A stretch of DNA of 63,268 nt, the filler included, from Saprolegnia diclina VS20 (lineage: Eukaryota), in NCBI RefSeq assembly GCF_000281045.1. It is 6 parts of 2 records of this genome, joined end to end, with 100 filler letters (N's around TTAATTAATTAA, not from the genome) between each part and the next. Parts side by side here need not be neighbours in the genome. Positions count along the whole stretch, not along the records: positions 40,353 to 55,198 come from NW_008246175.1; positions 55,299 to 63,268 come from NW_008246175.1; 4 more parts are not named here. One strand, given 5' to 3'. Positions within the stretch are counted from its first letter, which is position 1. Every line of letters begins with the position of its first letter. The notes under the pieces were generated by a model. That model was not told the DNA's origin and made no database searches. It was given only the letters and a program-made list of their open reading frames with translations. Below, piece by piece: positions 46,209 through 58,000 of the stretch. The position numbers were made by a program, and so were the translations under genes.

Positions 46209-47873
46209 CTAGAGCACAAAGGCCGTCCGGAGCTTGCGCATGTTGGCTTGAAACTCGCGCAATTGCTTCTCGTAGAGCCGTCGGCCGTTGCGCCCGCTGC
46301 GTGCGCGCTCGTCGGGCGTCATCGCCAGCACCTTCTCGACCGCATCACAGATCCAATCGGACGGCACGTCCCATTCCATTGCGCCGTACATACTCAAAAG
46401 CTGGTTCCTACGATACCACGAGCGATCATCACCAAGAACGAGCACTCGAAACGAAAATACGGGTTGGGTTTCATCGTGCGGGCCTTGATGAGCACGCCAG
46501 CGTCCGGCGCCACAAACTCGTTCATGGGCGGACCGTTTGTTGTCAAGACAAGCGCTCCCGAGGCCCTCGCTTGGTTGATGTAATGGCCGTAGCCCTCCAT
46601 CTTGCTCGGGCACAAGATGACGCTCGCCTCGAGGAGCAATCGACCAAACACGGGGCCTTCAATGTCTTCGCCGTAGTGAAATCGGACGCTCGGAGGCGGG
46701 CCGTCGTCGCCAAAGACACCGTCAAAGTCCGCCTTCGTATCGGGGTTGACCGAGTAGACGTCAATGGGCGGGAGGTGCGGGCGCTGTCGCCAGCACTCGA
46801 ACACATTGCGCGTGCTCTTTTGTGCGCTGTGCCCGCCGGCGTGGAAGAACGTAATATTGCTAAAGTCCTTTGGCTGGATCGGCGGCAGCTCGGGGTGCGC
46901 GACCGCATGGAGCCGAGCGACCGTGGACGGGTCCGACGACGTGTGCTGCACGTAGAGCACTTGGGTCCCGCGCGGGTTACCAAAGTCTTCGTACCTACGG
47001 TGCATGTGAAATACCGCGGTGGATGCGACCGGTGCGGACCACTGCGTCAGGCGTTCGTAGGCGTCAATGGTTTTGCACAAAACATAGTCGGCGCCGTGGT
47101 ATTCCGTTTCTTTGAGCTCAAACATCTCGACGTTGGGCATGAGCACAATCTTCTTGGTCTATATTAGACAAATTGTGCATTTGACAGACAATCGCAAGGC
47201 AGCCTACCTTCGGAAAATCGGACCGGTCCGGCACGCCCTCGATGTAGTGGTTCATAAAGAGAATGGCCGACGTCGGGCACAGTTGGAGGTACGTCATGTT
47301 GGTGCGACCTAATGCATCAAGCATGGGATTCTTGATCCTTTTCGATGTCGGTACCTTGGTACTCGAACCGGAGATCCAAGACCCACTCGGGCAGCGCGCG
47401 CGAGTGGAGAAATTTGACGTACGCCATGCCGTCTTCGCAGTAGCCGTAGTTGCGAAGCCCTTTTGGCAAGTAAATGTCTATCTCGGGGCACTGCGCGAGG
47501 TACGCGAGAAGCGCCGCGTCCGGCGTCGTGGACGTCGGTCTCTGCCACATGGCCGACCGGTCGACCTCGGAGCTGTTGTACTGCCACGGGATCACGCTCT
47601 CCTTGGCGTTGAAGCACGCGTGGTTGAGGTTGTTGAGGTGCACAATGTGGTCGAGCAGCGCTTGCTCTTTCGACGATTCATGCCGCCTCATGCGCGTCGC
47701 TGGTGCTGGGAGGCGCGACGCCCCCACAACCATCTGCAAGAGAAGCACGAGCGCGGCCGCGCAGAGGAGGATGCCATAGTAGTAGTGATGCAAACGCAGC
47801 CAGGTCCTCTAGTCGGCAGGCGGTGAACACGCGTCAGGATGGCGGGGTCGTTCACCTTCGTGTGCTCCGCCAT
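46209..47873 (-). CDS. Type II membrane GT-B glycosyltransferase (GT4-like), copy 1
   Basis: N-terminal TM, HLNNLN.AC, GYCEDGMAYVKFL, MPNVEM, CPSKMEGYGHYINQARASG; multi-exon. Confidence 0.85.
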
Positions 47874-48969
47874 GGTGTGGCGGAAACCGGACTTGGGCCT
47901 GTGATCGACCGGCGAGTAATTTGACATGTCACAGGGGGCTCATCGCCGCTGCAATTGGCACGTGGCCGAGCGGCGCGCTGCCGCCTCGGGCGCAGAGCGC
48001 AAGGCAACGCGGCTTCGTCGCCACTTGGCTTCCTTTGCCCGCGGCCTGTTGACGGCGGCGTGTAGCGCGACGTGCTTGGCGCCACGGCGGTGGGCAAGAC
48101 GATGTTGGCGGTAATTTCAGTGAAAGGATCCTGGCGTTTCATTGGTCCACCGGCAACGCCGCGCGATGGTATTGGCCACAGGTTGGTTTGTATCCTTGAC
48201 AAGCAGAGGCACCGGATTGGCTCAAAAGAGGCTCTTTTTGCGTAATTTCAGCCAATGGAAATGCCCATCCCAAACGGCAATCTCGTCCGGTCGTGGACCC
48301 ATCGACTCGCCGCTACGTTGCTGGCATCAACACCCTTGCTGCAACTGTTAGCGCCAAATACAAGAAGAAGCTATATGACATTATTCTATACGAACGCGGA
48401 CGGAAGTAGACCCACACTGTTATTACTAGTACACCAGAAGACTAAGCTTACGTTCCGTGCAAACCACAGCCCATTACAAGGGACTGACAATGTGGCTTCT
48501 AGCGCATCCACCGACGCTCAAAGTAACACAAATGATCGCGTCGACTGCACCAGCATCGAATGCGGAGCTGCTTCAAGTCTTGAAGCGACGTCGTGGGATC
48601 CAACAAAAGATCGCAACGAGCGAACCTAGGCGAGTGCATGCCACCGTCCCAGAGTCGTGTCCTACGTCCGCGTGCCGCCATTTCTTCGCCTGTTTAAATA
48701 CATTGTGCAGTCGCTCAGACAGGAAAGGACTGTCACGAAGGCGAGCAGTAGGCGGTGGCCAGCTCCCCGCCACCGCTCTTCGGGCGTCGTCGTCGGACAA
48801 TCGAGATCAGGTGATTGGGTGGACCCCGCCAGATGCGCTCGTTGTGCCACGTTTCTTAGGTGCGGAAGCGCACTTTAGAGGCCGGTCAATAAAACTGGCT
48901 GGGCGGCAACTCGTCGACACTGTCTATCCCAACGGGGTTGGAAGGATCGCCGCCATTTGGTTTTTGACC

Positions 48970-50649
48970 ATGTCCAGTCCCGACACGGAGGTACGACGGC
49001 CGATGCCCACCGCACCATGGTCACCGCTGCGTAGAAGGTGCATCGACGCCCCGAGACGCGCAGCGCGCGCCACCGGCGGTACCTTCAATACCTCGCCGTG
49101 TGCGCGCTCTTTCTGTTGGTGCACCACTTTGCCGTGCAGCAGCCCGACACGGCCCGCCTCCGGCGCGACCTCCCGCACCTTGCCCACACGCTTGACAATG
49201 AAGTCCTCAGCGACATCATCCACCTCAACAACCTCAACGAAGCCTGCTTCCACGCTGGCGACGTGGTGATTCCGTGGACGTACAACAGCACCGAAGTCGA
49301 CCTCGACTTTGTCTGGTCCCGCGACGACACGCCGCGCAGTCAGCTCATTCAGTTTCTCGCGCAGTGCCCGGAAGTCGACGTCTTCTTGCCGCCAGGTTTG
49401 CGCAACCACGGCTACTGCGAAGACGGCATGGCGTACGTCAAGTTTCTCAAAACCCGCGCGCTGCCGATTTGGGTCTTTGACTTGCGATTCGACTACCAAG
49501 GTCGAATCTCCAATCTCAACCTCCAAATATCTGATATGGCCATGCATAGATCGCAAAAGCATTAGCTACTTTGACCTGTGCCCGCACACGGCCATGATCT
49601 TTATGAACCACTACCTCGAAGGCATTCCAGACCGCCCCAATTTTCCCAAGGTACGTCGACTGCTATGCATGTATCTCGGGGCTCATGCAAATTTAGGAAA
49701 AAAAGATCATTTTGATGCCCAATGTCGAAATGTTTGAGCTCAAAACCAAGGAATACCAGCGCTTTGACGCTGTCTTGTGCAAGACGCGCGATGCCTACGA
49801 CCGGCTCACGCAATGGTGCGCCATCCCTCTCAACGCCATGTTTTGAGATTCACGCACGTAGGTTTGCCGAGGTTGGGAATCCCCGAAACACGACCGTCTT
49901 TGACGTGCAGCACACGTCGTCAGATCCGTCGACCGTCGCGCGCACACACCATTCCAAGCACCCGGCTCTGCCGCGCATCAAGCCCCGGAGCTTTGAGAAA
50001 ATGACATTCTTCCACGCCAGCGGCCACAGCGCCCAGAAGAACACAAAGGGCATCTTCCAGTGCTGGCAGAGCCGACCGGACCTACCGCCCATTGACATTT
50101 ACTCCATGTACAGTGGCGTCAAGGAAGATTACGACGCGATGTTTGGGACCGATGGCGCGCCAACCAACATTCGCTTTCACTTTGGTGAGGACATTGATGT
50201 GGCGCATTTCGGCCGCTTGCTGCTCGAGACGAGCGCGATCTTGTGCCCGAGCAAAATGGAAGGCTTTGGCCACTACATCAACCAAGCAAGAGCGTCCGGT
50301 GCACTCGTCTTGACAACAAACGGCGCGCCCATGAACGAGTTTGTCGACGAAACCTCTGGCGTCCTCATTGAGGCGTCCCGTCTCGACCCTAACCCGTACG
50401 TGTTGCGTGTTTGGCGATCTTGAGATGGATTGTTACTTGTGTAGGAACCAGCTCTTGAGCATCTACGGCGGCATGGAGTGGGACGTGACCTCGGACGCGA
50501 TCTGCGACGCGGTCGACCAGGTCATGGCGCTGACTCCGGCCGAGCGGCGAGAACGCGGCGAGAATGGCCGGCGGCGGTACGAAGATCAGTTGCGCGATTT
50601 TAAGCGCGCCATGCGCCACGTCCGCGCCGAGTTTGACAATCGGCCATGA
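48970..50649 (+). CDS. GT-B glycosyltransferase, copy 2
   Basis: Same motifs (CPSKMEGFGHYINQARASG) and intron positions as copy 1. Confidence 0.85.
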
Positions 50650-51013
50650 CGGTTCCAATAGAATTCATTGTCGTTGTCGTCTAGTTGTCTCGTCTTTTGT
50701 GGACCCACGTCAAAGACGGATCCCTTTTGGACCATCGTGTCCTGCGAGAGCATATGTCCTTGCCATTTGTTCCTGATCTTCGTCGCCTGCAGGCTGCCAC
50801 TGCTGCCACCCGTCACTATGCCTCATCCGGACTCTGACTTGAGGGGTCCAATATTTCGGCAAGACGAACTAATGCCGATATAAAACGGGTGGAAAGCTAG
50901 GTCTGTCGCAGAGCTATCCAGTCTCCACCATAAAGCTAGCAGTGTCGAGTGTCCGCGGCCTAGCCGCCCATCGGCTCACACATACCATTCCGAACGACCG
51001 ATCGAACCTGTCG

Positions 51014-52625
51014 ATGGCGATTGAAAAGGCCTTCCAAATGAGCGCTGCTCCGGTGCATGGGAGCAGAAAAAGTGGTGGCCAACACCTTTATCATGTGTGC
51101 CTCTTCGTCTCGCTATTGTGCCTCGTCACTTCGTCGGTTTGTATCGCGTGTCGGCTCGCGTACCTCGATGAAGCGACGAGAGCTGAGACTTCGCGCACCA
51201 CCGACGACCTCTTTGGCGACATTGTCCATCTCAACAACCTCAACGAAGCCTGCTTCCACGCCACCGACANNNNNNNNNNNNNNNNNNNNNNNNNNNNNNN
51301 NNNNNNNNNNNNNNNNNNNNNNNNNNNNNNNNNNNNNNNNNNNNNNNNNNNNNNNNNNNNNNNNNNNNNNNNNNNNNNNNNNNNNNNNNNNNNNNNNNNN
51401 NNNNNNNNNNNNNNNNNNNNNNNNNNNNNNNNNNNNNNNNNNNNNNNNNNNNNNNNNNNNNNNNNNNNNNNNNNNNNNNNNNNNNNNNNNNNNNNNNNNN
51501 NNNNNNNNNNNNNNNNNNNNNNNNNNNNNNNNNNNNNNNNNNNNNNNNNNNNNNTACTACGACTTGTGCCCCAACACGGCCCTGCTCTTTATGAACCACT
51601 ACACTGAAGGTCTCATGGACCGCCCCGACTTTCCAAAGGTAATTGGAGTAAAGTCGCTGGGCTCTGAAAACTGTGTAGGACAAGGTGATTGTCAACATGC
51701 CCAACGTCGAAATGTACGAGCTCAAGGGCAAGGACTACCATCGCTTTGACGTCGTTCTCTGCAAGACGCGCGACGGCTACGAGCGTCTCTCGCGCTGGTA
51801 CTCCTGACTTCGAAAAATCATCCTATTTCTCACATCCTGTTGGTAGGTACGAGGACAACGGGAACCCGCGCAACACAACGCTGCTCTACGTACAGCACAC
51901 GTCGTCGGACCCGTCGACGGTCGCCATTACGCATGCGATGGCGCACCCAGAGAGCCCGCCGATCAAGCCCAAGGATTTTGAGAATCTTACATTCTTCCAT
52001 GCCAACGGCCACAGCTGGTTCAAGAGCACACGCGCAGTGCTCGAGTGCTGGCAGAAGCGACCGGACTTGCCGCTCATCCACGTCTACTCGATGAATAGCG
52101 GTACGCTACGCGACTTCAACGAGCTCTTTTTGCCTCTCGGTGCGCCGTCCAATCTCCAGTTTCACTACGGCGAAGAGGTTGACGTTGCCCAGTTTGGCCG
52201 CCACCTTCTGGAAGCCAGTGCGATCTTGTGTCCAAGCAAAATGGAAGGCTTTGGCCACTACATCAACCAAGCAAGAGCGTCCGGCGCGCTCGTTTTGGCG
52301 ACCAACGGACCGCCCATGAACGAATTCATCGACGATAGGGCTGGTGTGCTCATTGACGCTACCCGCAAGGACCCTAGCCCGTACGTTGAACCCGTGTTTT
52401 GTGGGTGCTACACTTGTGTACGTTAGGAATCAAATTTTGAGCGTCTATGGCGGCATGGAGTGGGGCGTCACGTCGAAAGCTATTTGTGATGCCGTCGATA
52501 GCGTCTTGGTCTTGACGCCGGGCGAGCGGCAAGAACGAGCGGAGAGGGGACGGCGGCGGTACGAGGCGCAACTTCTCGATTTCAAAAGAACCATGCGCCA
52601 CGTCCGCGTGGGGTTGGCGCAATAA
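51014..52625 (+). CDS. GT-B glycosyltransferase, copy 3 (internal N gap)
   Basis: Same motifs on both sides of the 51270-51554 gap; start may be 51014 or 51038. Confidence 0.82.
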
Positions 52626-52868
52626 ACCATCTAGAAATAATCTGGTTTCGATACGCACTCCAGGTCTAATGGGCAGTATCTTTGACTGCAACCTTTGGCT
52701 CCACACCGACTGCGTATAAATTGGAGCACTCGAGATGGCCACGCCGCTGGACACTCACATGACACTCATCACCTGTCGGAGTATCCGGATGCGATAATGT
52801 CAACCGGTTGCCCACATTCGGTCTCCAGCGGCAACCGTCAGAGCTGAGCCACTTCAAGTCTTGCGCTG

Positions 52869-54545
52869 ATGGCTCGTCTAACGGTTCGTTCGGCGATGCA
52901 CCATGCAGTCTACAGAGCCTATGTGGGGGTAGGTTCCCCGGCGCCTGTACCTCGCTCTTCTCGCCATCGCGTGCTTCGTCCTCACTGCTTACACGCTCGT
53001 TGCGCAGCAGCTTCCGCAGCCATTGCTGCGCCAAGGGCATGTGGCGGAGCGCGCTGTCGACGATGAGACGACCCTCGATCTTCTTGGTGATATTCTGCAC
53101 CTCAACAACCTCAACGAAGCGTGCATGCACGCTCACGACGTCGTGATTCCGTGGACGTACAACAGCTCGGCCGTCGACCTCCGCCACGTCTGGTCCCGCG
53201 ACAAGACGCCGCAGGACGAGCTCATCGCGCACCTCGCACAGTGCCCGGGCGTCGATGTCTTCCTCCCCACAGGCTTGCGCGGTCACGGCTACTGCGAAGA
53301 CGGCATGGCGTACGTCAAGTTTCTCAAAACACGCGCGCTACCGATTTGGGTCTTTGACTTGCGATTCGACTACCAAGGCAAAGTGCAATCTCAATCTCAA
53401 ATCTCAATCTCTCACACTTTCGCCAGGGCGGGCCAATATAACGTACTTTGACTTGTGCCCCAAGACGGCGCTGCTCTTTATGAACCACTACATGGACGGC
53501 GTTCCCGACCGCCCGGACTTTCCCAAGGTCTCATCCAAGATAGAGCGCGCGATAAGATCTTGGTTGTAGGACAAGGTGATGGTGTCGATGCCCAATGTCG
53601 AAATGTACGAGCTCAAGGAAAAGGACTACCATCGCTTCGACGTCGTTCTCTGCAAGACGCAGGACTGCTACGACCGCCTCTCGCAATTGTACCAACATCC
53701 CTTCTCTTGCTCCGCACGCAAGTACGACGGCGTAGGTACAAGGACTTTGGAAACCCGCGCAACACGACGCTTCTCTACGTTCAACACACGTCGTCGGACC
53801 CGTCGACCGCCGCGCACGTGCATGCGCTGGCGCACCCAGAGCTGCCGCCGATCAAACCCAAGGACTTTGACAAGATCACGTTCTTCCATGCCAACGGCAA
53901 CAGCTGGCAAAAGAACACACCGTCCGTGCTGAAGTGCTGGCAACGCCGACCGGACCTGCCGATCATTGACGTCTATACGCTGAGCGCCAAGACACTCGAG
54001 GACTTTACCGAGATTTTTGGGCCGGACGGAGCGCCGCCGAACGTGCGGTTCCACCACGGCAAGGCCATTGACGCCTCTCAGTTTGGCCGTGAGCTCATCC
54101 AAGCCAGCGTCATCTTGTGCCCAAGCAAGATGGAGGGCTACGGCCACTACATCAACCAAGCGAGGGCCTCGGGTGCGCTTGTTTTGACAACAAACGGTCC
54201 GCCCATGAACGAGTTTGTGGACGACGAATCCGGTGTGCTCATCGAAGCGTATCGCCAAGCGCCCAACTCGTACGACCATATCCTGCGATTCGAGTGGCAT
54301 TCATCGTTCTTGCGAGTAGGAACCAACTCCTGAGCGTCTATGGCGGCATGGAGTGGGATGTGACGCCCGACGGCGTCTGCGATGCGGTGGACACCGTGTT
54401 GAAGCTGACGCCGGCGGAGCGGCAACGACGCGCTGCGAATGGTCGCCGGCGCTACGTCGCGCAGTTTGTCGCGTTCAAGCATGCCATGCATCGCGTGCGC
54501 GCGTTGTTCGATGCGTGGCCGAAGAGCCACCCGCATTGGCGCTGA
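52869..54545 (+). CDS. GT-B glycosyltransferase, copy 4
   Basis: MARLT|VPRRLYLALL TM start, same motifs; frame requires a GC-AG intron at 53378-53426. Confidence 0.83.
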
Positions 54546-54799
54546 TTGTGCAAAGCCACGGATTAATCGATATTCCCTTGGTCATTGAGTCATTATTGCG
54601 CCTCGTCACAGAACGGTTTGTCCTTGATCACGCACAGTTGAAAGATCTCAGTCGATAGTGAACCGGTTCGCTTGTCTTCTCGGTTCGACGTCCAGCGCGA
54701 GGGGCATGGGAGAGGCGGTGCGATCTTGCACTCCGTGGCACACGAGACTCGCAGCACCGCGTCGTCGAACATAAGGTGCCGACAAGCAGCAAAGTGTTT

Positions 54800-55075
54800 A
54801 CCGTCCAACGCCCAAGTAATCTTGCGTGAATCCAGGTGGATACCCAGGCATCACAACCACCGACAGTGCGCTAGAATCCACTCGTCTTCAAAGCAGCGTC
54901 GCTGGGTGCAAGAACAGCGTAGCATCACACATCTTGTCCAAAGGTGCGTCGCGACGGCGCCGTCAATGACCTGCGGAGCTTGTGACGGTTGTGAATTTGC
55001 CTCGTGGACAGGAATACGCAACCGGCGCATCAAATTTAGCTCGATGTAACCCGTAAAATGGGAATCTTGATGTTT
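54800..55075 (-). pseudogene. Possible degenerate retropepsin (LTR-element protease) relic
   Basis: DSHFTGYIE..L.RRLRIPV..VIDG..V.L..F..WIL..*CLG.HL....ITW follows retropepsin spacing, but the catalytic DSG is altered and a stop intervenes. Confidence 0.25.
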
Positions 55076-58000
55076 ACGTACATGATATACAAAGAAAGAG
55101 GAAAAATAGATTGAAAGGTCCGTTGACACACGTGGAGCCTGCCTTTCAAGTGATGCGGCTTGAGTTGCTTGTGATGCCTTTAACCAATCAGTCGAAGCNN
55201 NNNNNNNNNNNNNNNNNNNNNNNNNNNNNNNNNNNNNNNNNNTTAATTAATTAANNNNNNNNNNNNNNNNNNNNNNNNNNNNNNNNNNNNNNNNNNNNAT
55301 GCCTGCGTGACGAGCTGGACGACCGATGAGGCAGAGCGTCGTGTGGCGAGCGGGAGCGCTAGGCGACGGCCTCAAAGTCGATGATGTACAATGGAAGACG
55401 CGTTCGCAGCCTACGCGCCGTGCCAGACCTCGTGGTCGTAGAGGTCAAGTTGTGGGGCCGGGACGTTCCCAGTGCTCCACGCAGCCTCGAGGTGGTCGTC
55501 GGTGCCGGCAAGCGAAGCAGCCACGTCCGCTGCGGGCACGGCTATTGGCGTGTGTAAGGGGCACGTGATGGCTCCATCGCAGCCGCAAGCTGTCGGGTTG
55601 GTCATAGGATGCTGAAGCCCAAATGCACGCCGAGTCGCCATGCTTTATTGCTGGGGAAAGGCTACCATGGTGAAAACCCAGATGCTGTCGCTCGATACAT
55701 TGCACAAGCGAAACAGCCACCCATTGGCTGTCCTAGCATTGAAACGAAACATTTCGCCCAATAAAACGCGAGACACAATTGTGCAGCTGCTCAGTGGGAT
55801 GAGATGTCGTAGTAATAATAATCCGCAACCAAAAGCGACAAAGGCAAAAAGTTGTTGGGTTTGGAGTGAGATAGTTGCCGCACGCTAGCTCCTAAGCCGT
55901 CGGGGTAAGGGTGTAGGGGTAGAGGGGATTGTGAAGAACCAACCGCTAGGTCGTCTCACGTTCGGGGAAATGGGGTGGGATGTACAGGGAAGATGGTTTG
56001 CTGGCGGGGTAAGGTGGTAAAAAGGGCATTATATTACAAAACTTCGCTTTCGAAGTCGAAGTGGCGTATCGCAATTACCCTACTCTGACCCAAGGTTGTC
56101 AAAATAACGGCTATTGGATCCTACCTGTGACTGGTCAGATTAACCAATCACAGGTACCGGTCGCACCACCTGTTCCGGGTCGGGGAGGCGCGTTAACAGA
56201 TCCTCCACAGATCCACGGACTCGAAAACCTCCGCCCCAATCAGAGACCCAGCTTGCCACAAGGGACCTTCGCTCACAGCGAACAAGAGTATCACACAAGG
56301 AAGCTGCAAGGCCACGCTCGGTTTTCTTTCTCGGAAAATGATAAAACTAGGGTTGACCTTGTGTCTTCTTGGAGCACGTTTTGGTCGAGCTCTTTGGTTG
56401 AGGTTTTGCATAGGGGTATCGGTAGTGTGCAATCTAGCGCCGGCGTGCGTCCTCGGACTCGAGGGGCGCGCATCAACCATGTCGACACGATGTAGGCCGC
56501 CGCGCCGCGCGCGCGCTGACGGTCGATCCCTTGCAGATGCAGACTGGTCCGTGGCGCCCACGGCCCCTCTGCGGCACGCCTCCCGTACCCGACTATCGCG
56601 TACAGCACCCGGCTGCGCACACCCGGCGCTTCGTCGAGACCACCTTCGTGCAACAGTACCGATAGCTGCAGCACGTGCGCAAGCCTGTCGAAGGCCTCGA
56701 GCGACCATTGCGCGGCGCAGCGCTGCGGGGCCGGCGTCAGACGATCGACGAGCGATAGCAGTGGGATGAACGCGAGCATGCACGCCGGCAATGCGCTCAC
56801 CGTTTGCCGCATCGACACCATCCTCTAGGTACAGGTGGATCGCTGCTAATAGCTAGGTGGTCAAGAACCGTAAGAGATACAAAGACGTTTGGCTCGGGGA
56901 CACGTTCGTGCGGCGTGAGCGTCGACAATGCGCCGATGATGGCGCCTGCGCACAAGGAGCTCAAGCGCCGCGTGCGCCACGGCTCCGTCGCCTACCCATA
57001 CACTGTGGCGCGTGTCCGGTTAACCACGCCGGATACGCTGCAAATCAACCAAGTATCTCTCTTATCTCTCTTATCTTTTTAAGTGAATGCCGATTTCGGC
57101 TGCCCCCCTCCTCGGCGGGCCAAGGTCGGACTGATTAGGAAAACGCGCCCCACCAGTCGCCTGCGACCTTGCGAGCGAAGCGAGCCACCGTTCTCGGTAC
57201 GGTCAGCTATCTTGCGCGCAGCGCCCTTGCATGCGCCTCCGTATCGTTTCCGTGACGCTTCCTGTGGGTGTTCTCCTTGGCATGTTGTTTTCCGGACATT
57301 AGCGGATACGTGGCCGTCGATGGGTCATAGTGAAATCAATATTGCCACGCCCTGAACTCGAGTCGTGTCGCCAGTTTGGGCTCATAAAAACGCAACCGCG
57401 TCACTCTGCCCATTTGGGCTGCTTTATCCGTATTTATGATGTGTGAGAGGTACCTACATGCGTTTTTAGAGGTCTATTCGGAGCACATCCTTCTCGAGCT
57501 GCGTGGTTTTAGCCGAAACGGATGATGAATCTTGCTCTCCTTCTCGGTGACGTAGTCTTTTGAGTTAATAAATGAGAGTTATAATGATGCGATGCTTGCT
57601 TTTGCCTCTGATTGCCCATACTTGGCATATTTTTCCCAACAATGCGTCCTCAGAGACGATATCGATTCGTGCATCTTCGAGTATAGTGCTTCTAGCCATG
57701 ACTGAGGTGGTGGATCTCTTTTCTTTGCGATCCAGCATGTGATTGGCTGGACGAACACTCTTCAATTTTCTGTGGGCACGGCCAGCTCATTTTGGAATTC
57801 GCTGCTTCCTGCTCCGGTCTCGCTCTGCATACACCACCTGCCGCGTCGTGGGGCCGCCTCTCCTGTGTAAATGTGTGTATGTGTGCCGTGTCTGTATGTC
57901 GGATGTGTGCATTTCGTTTGCGCGAGAGCCCTATTCATATCTACCCGAGAGCCCTATTCAACGGCCTTGCAACATCAGCTTGGCGTTATCACAAGCATTT

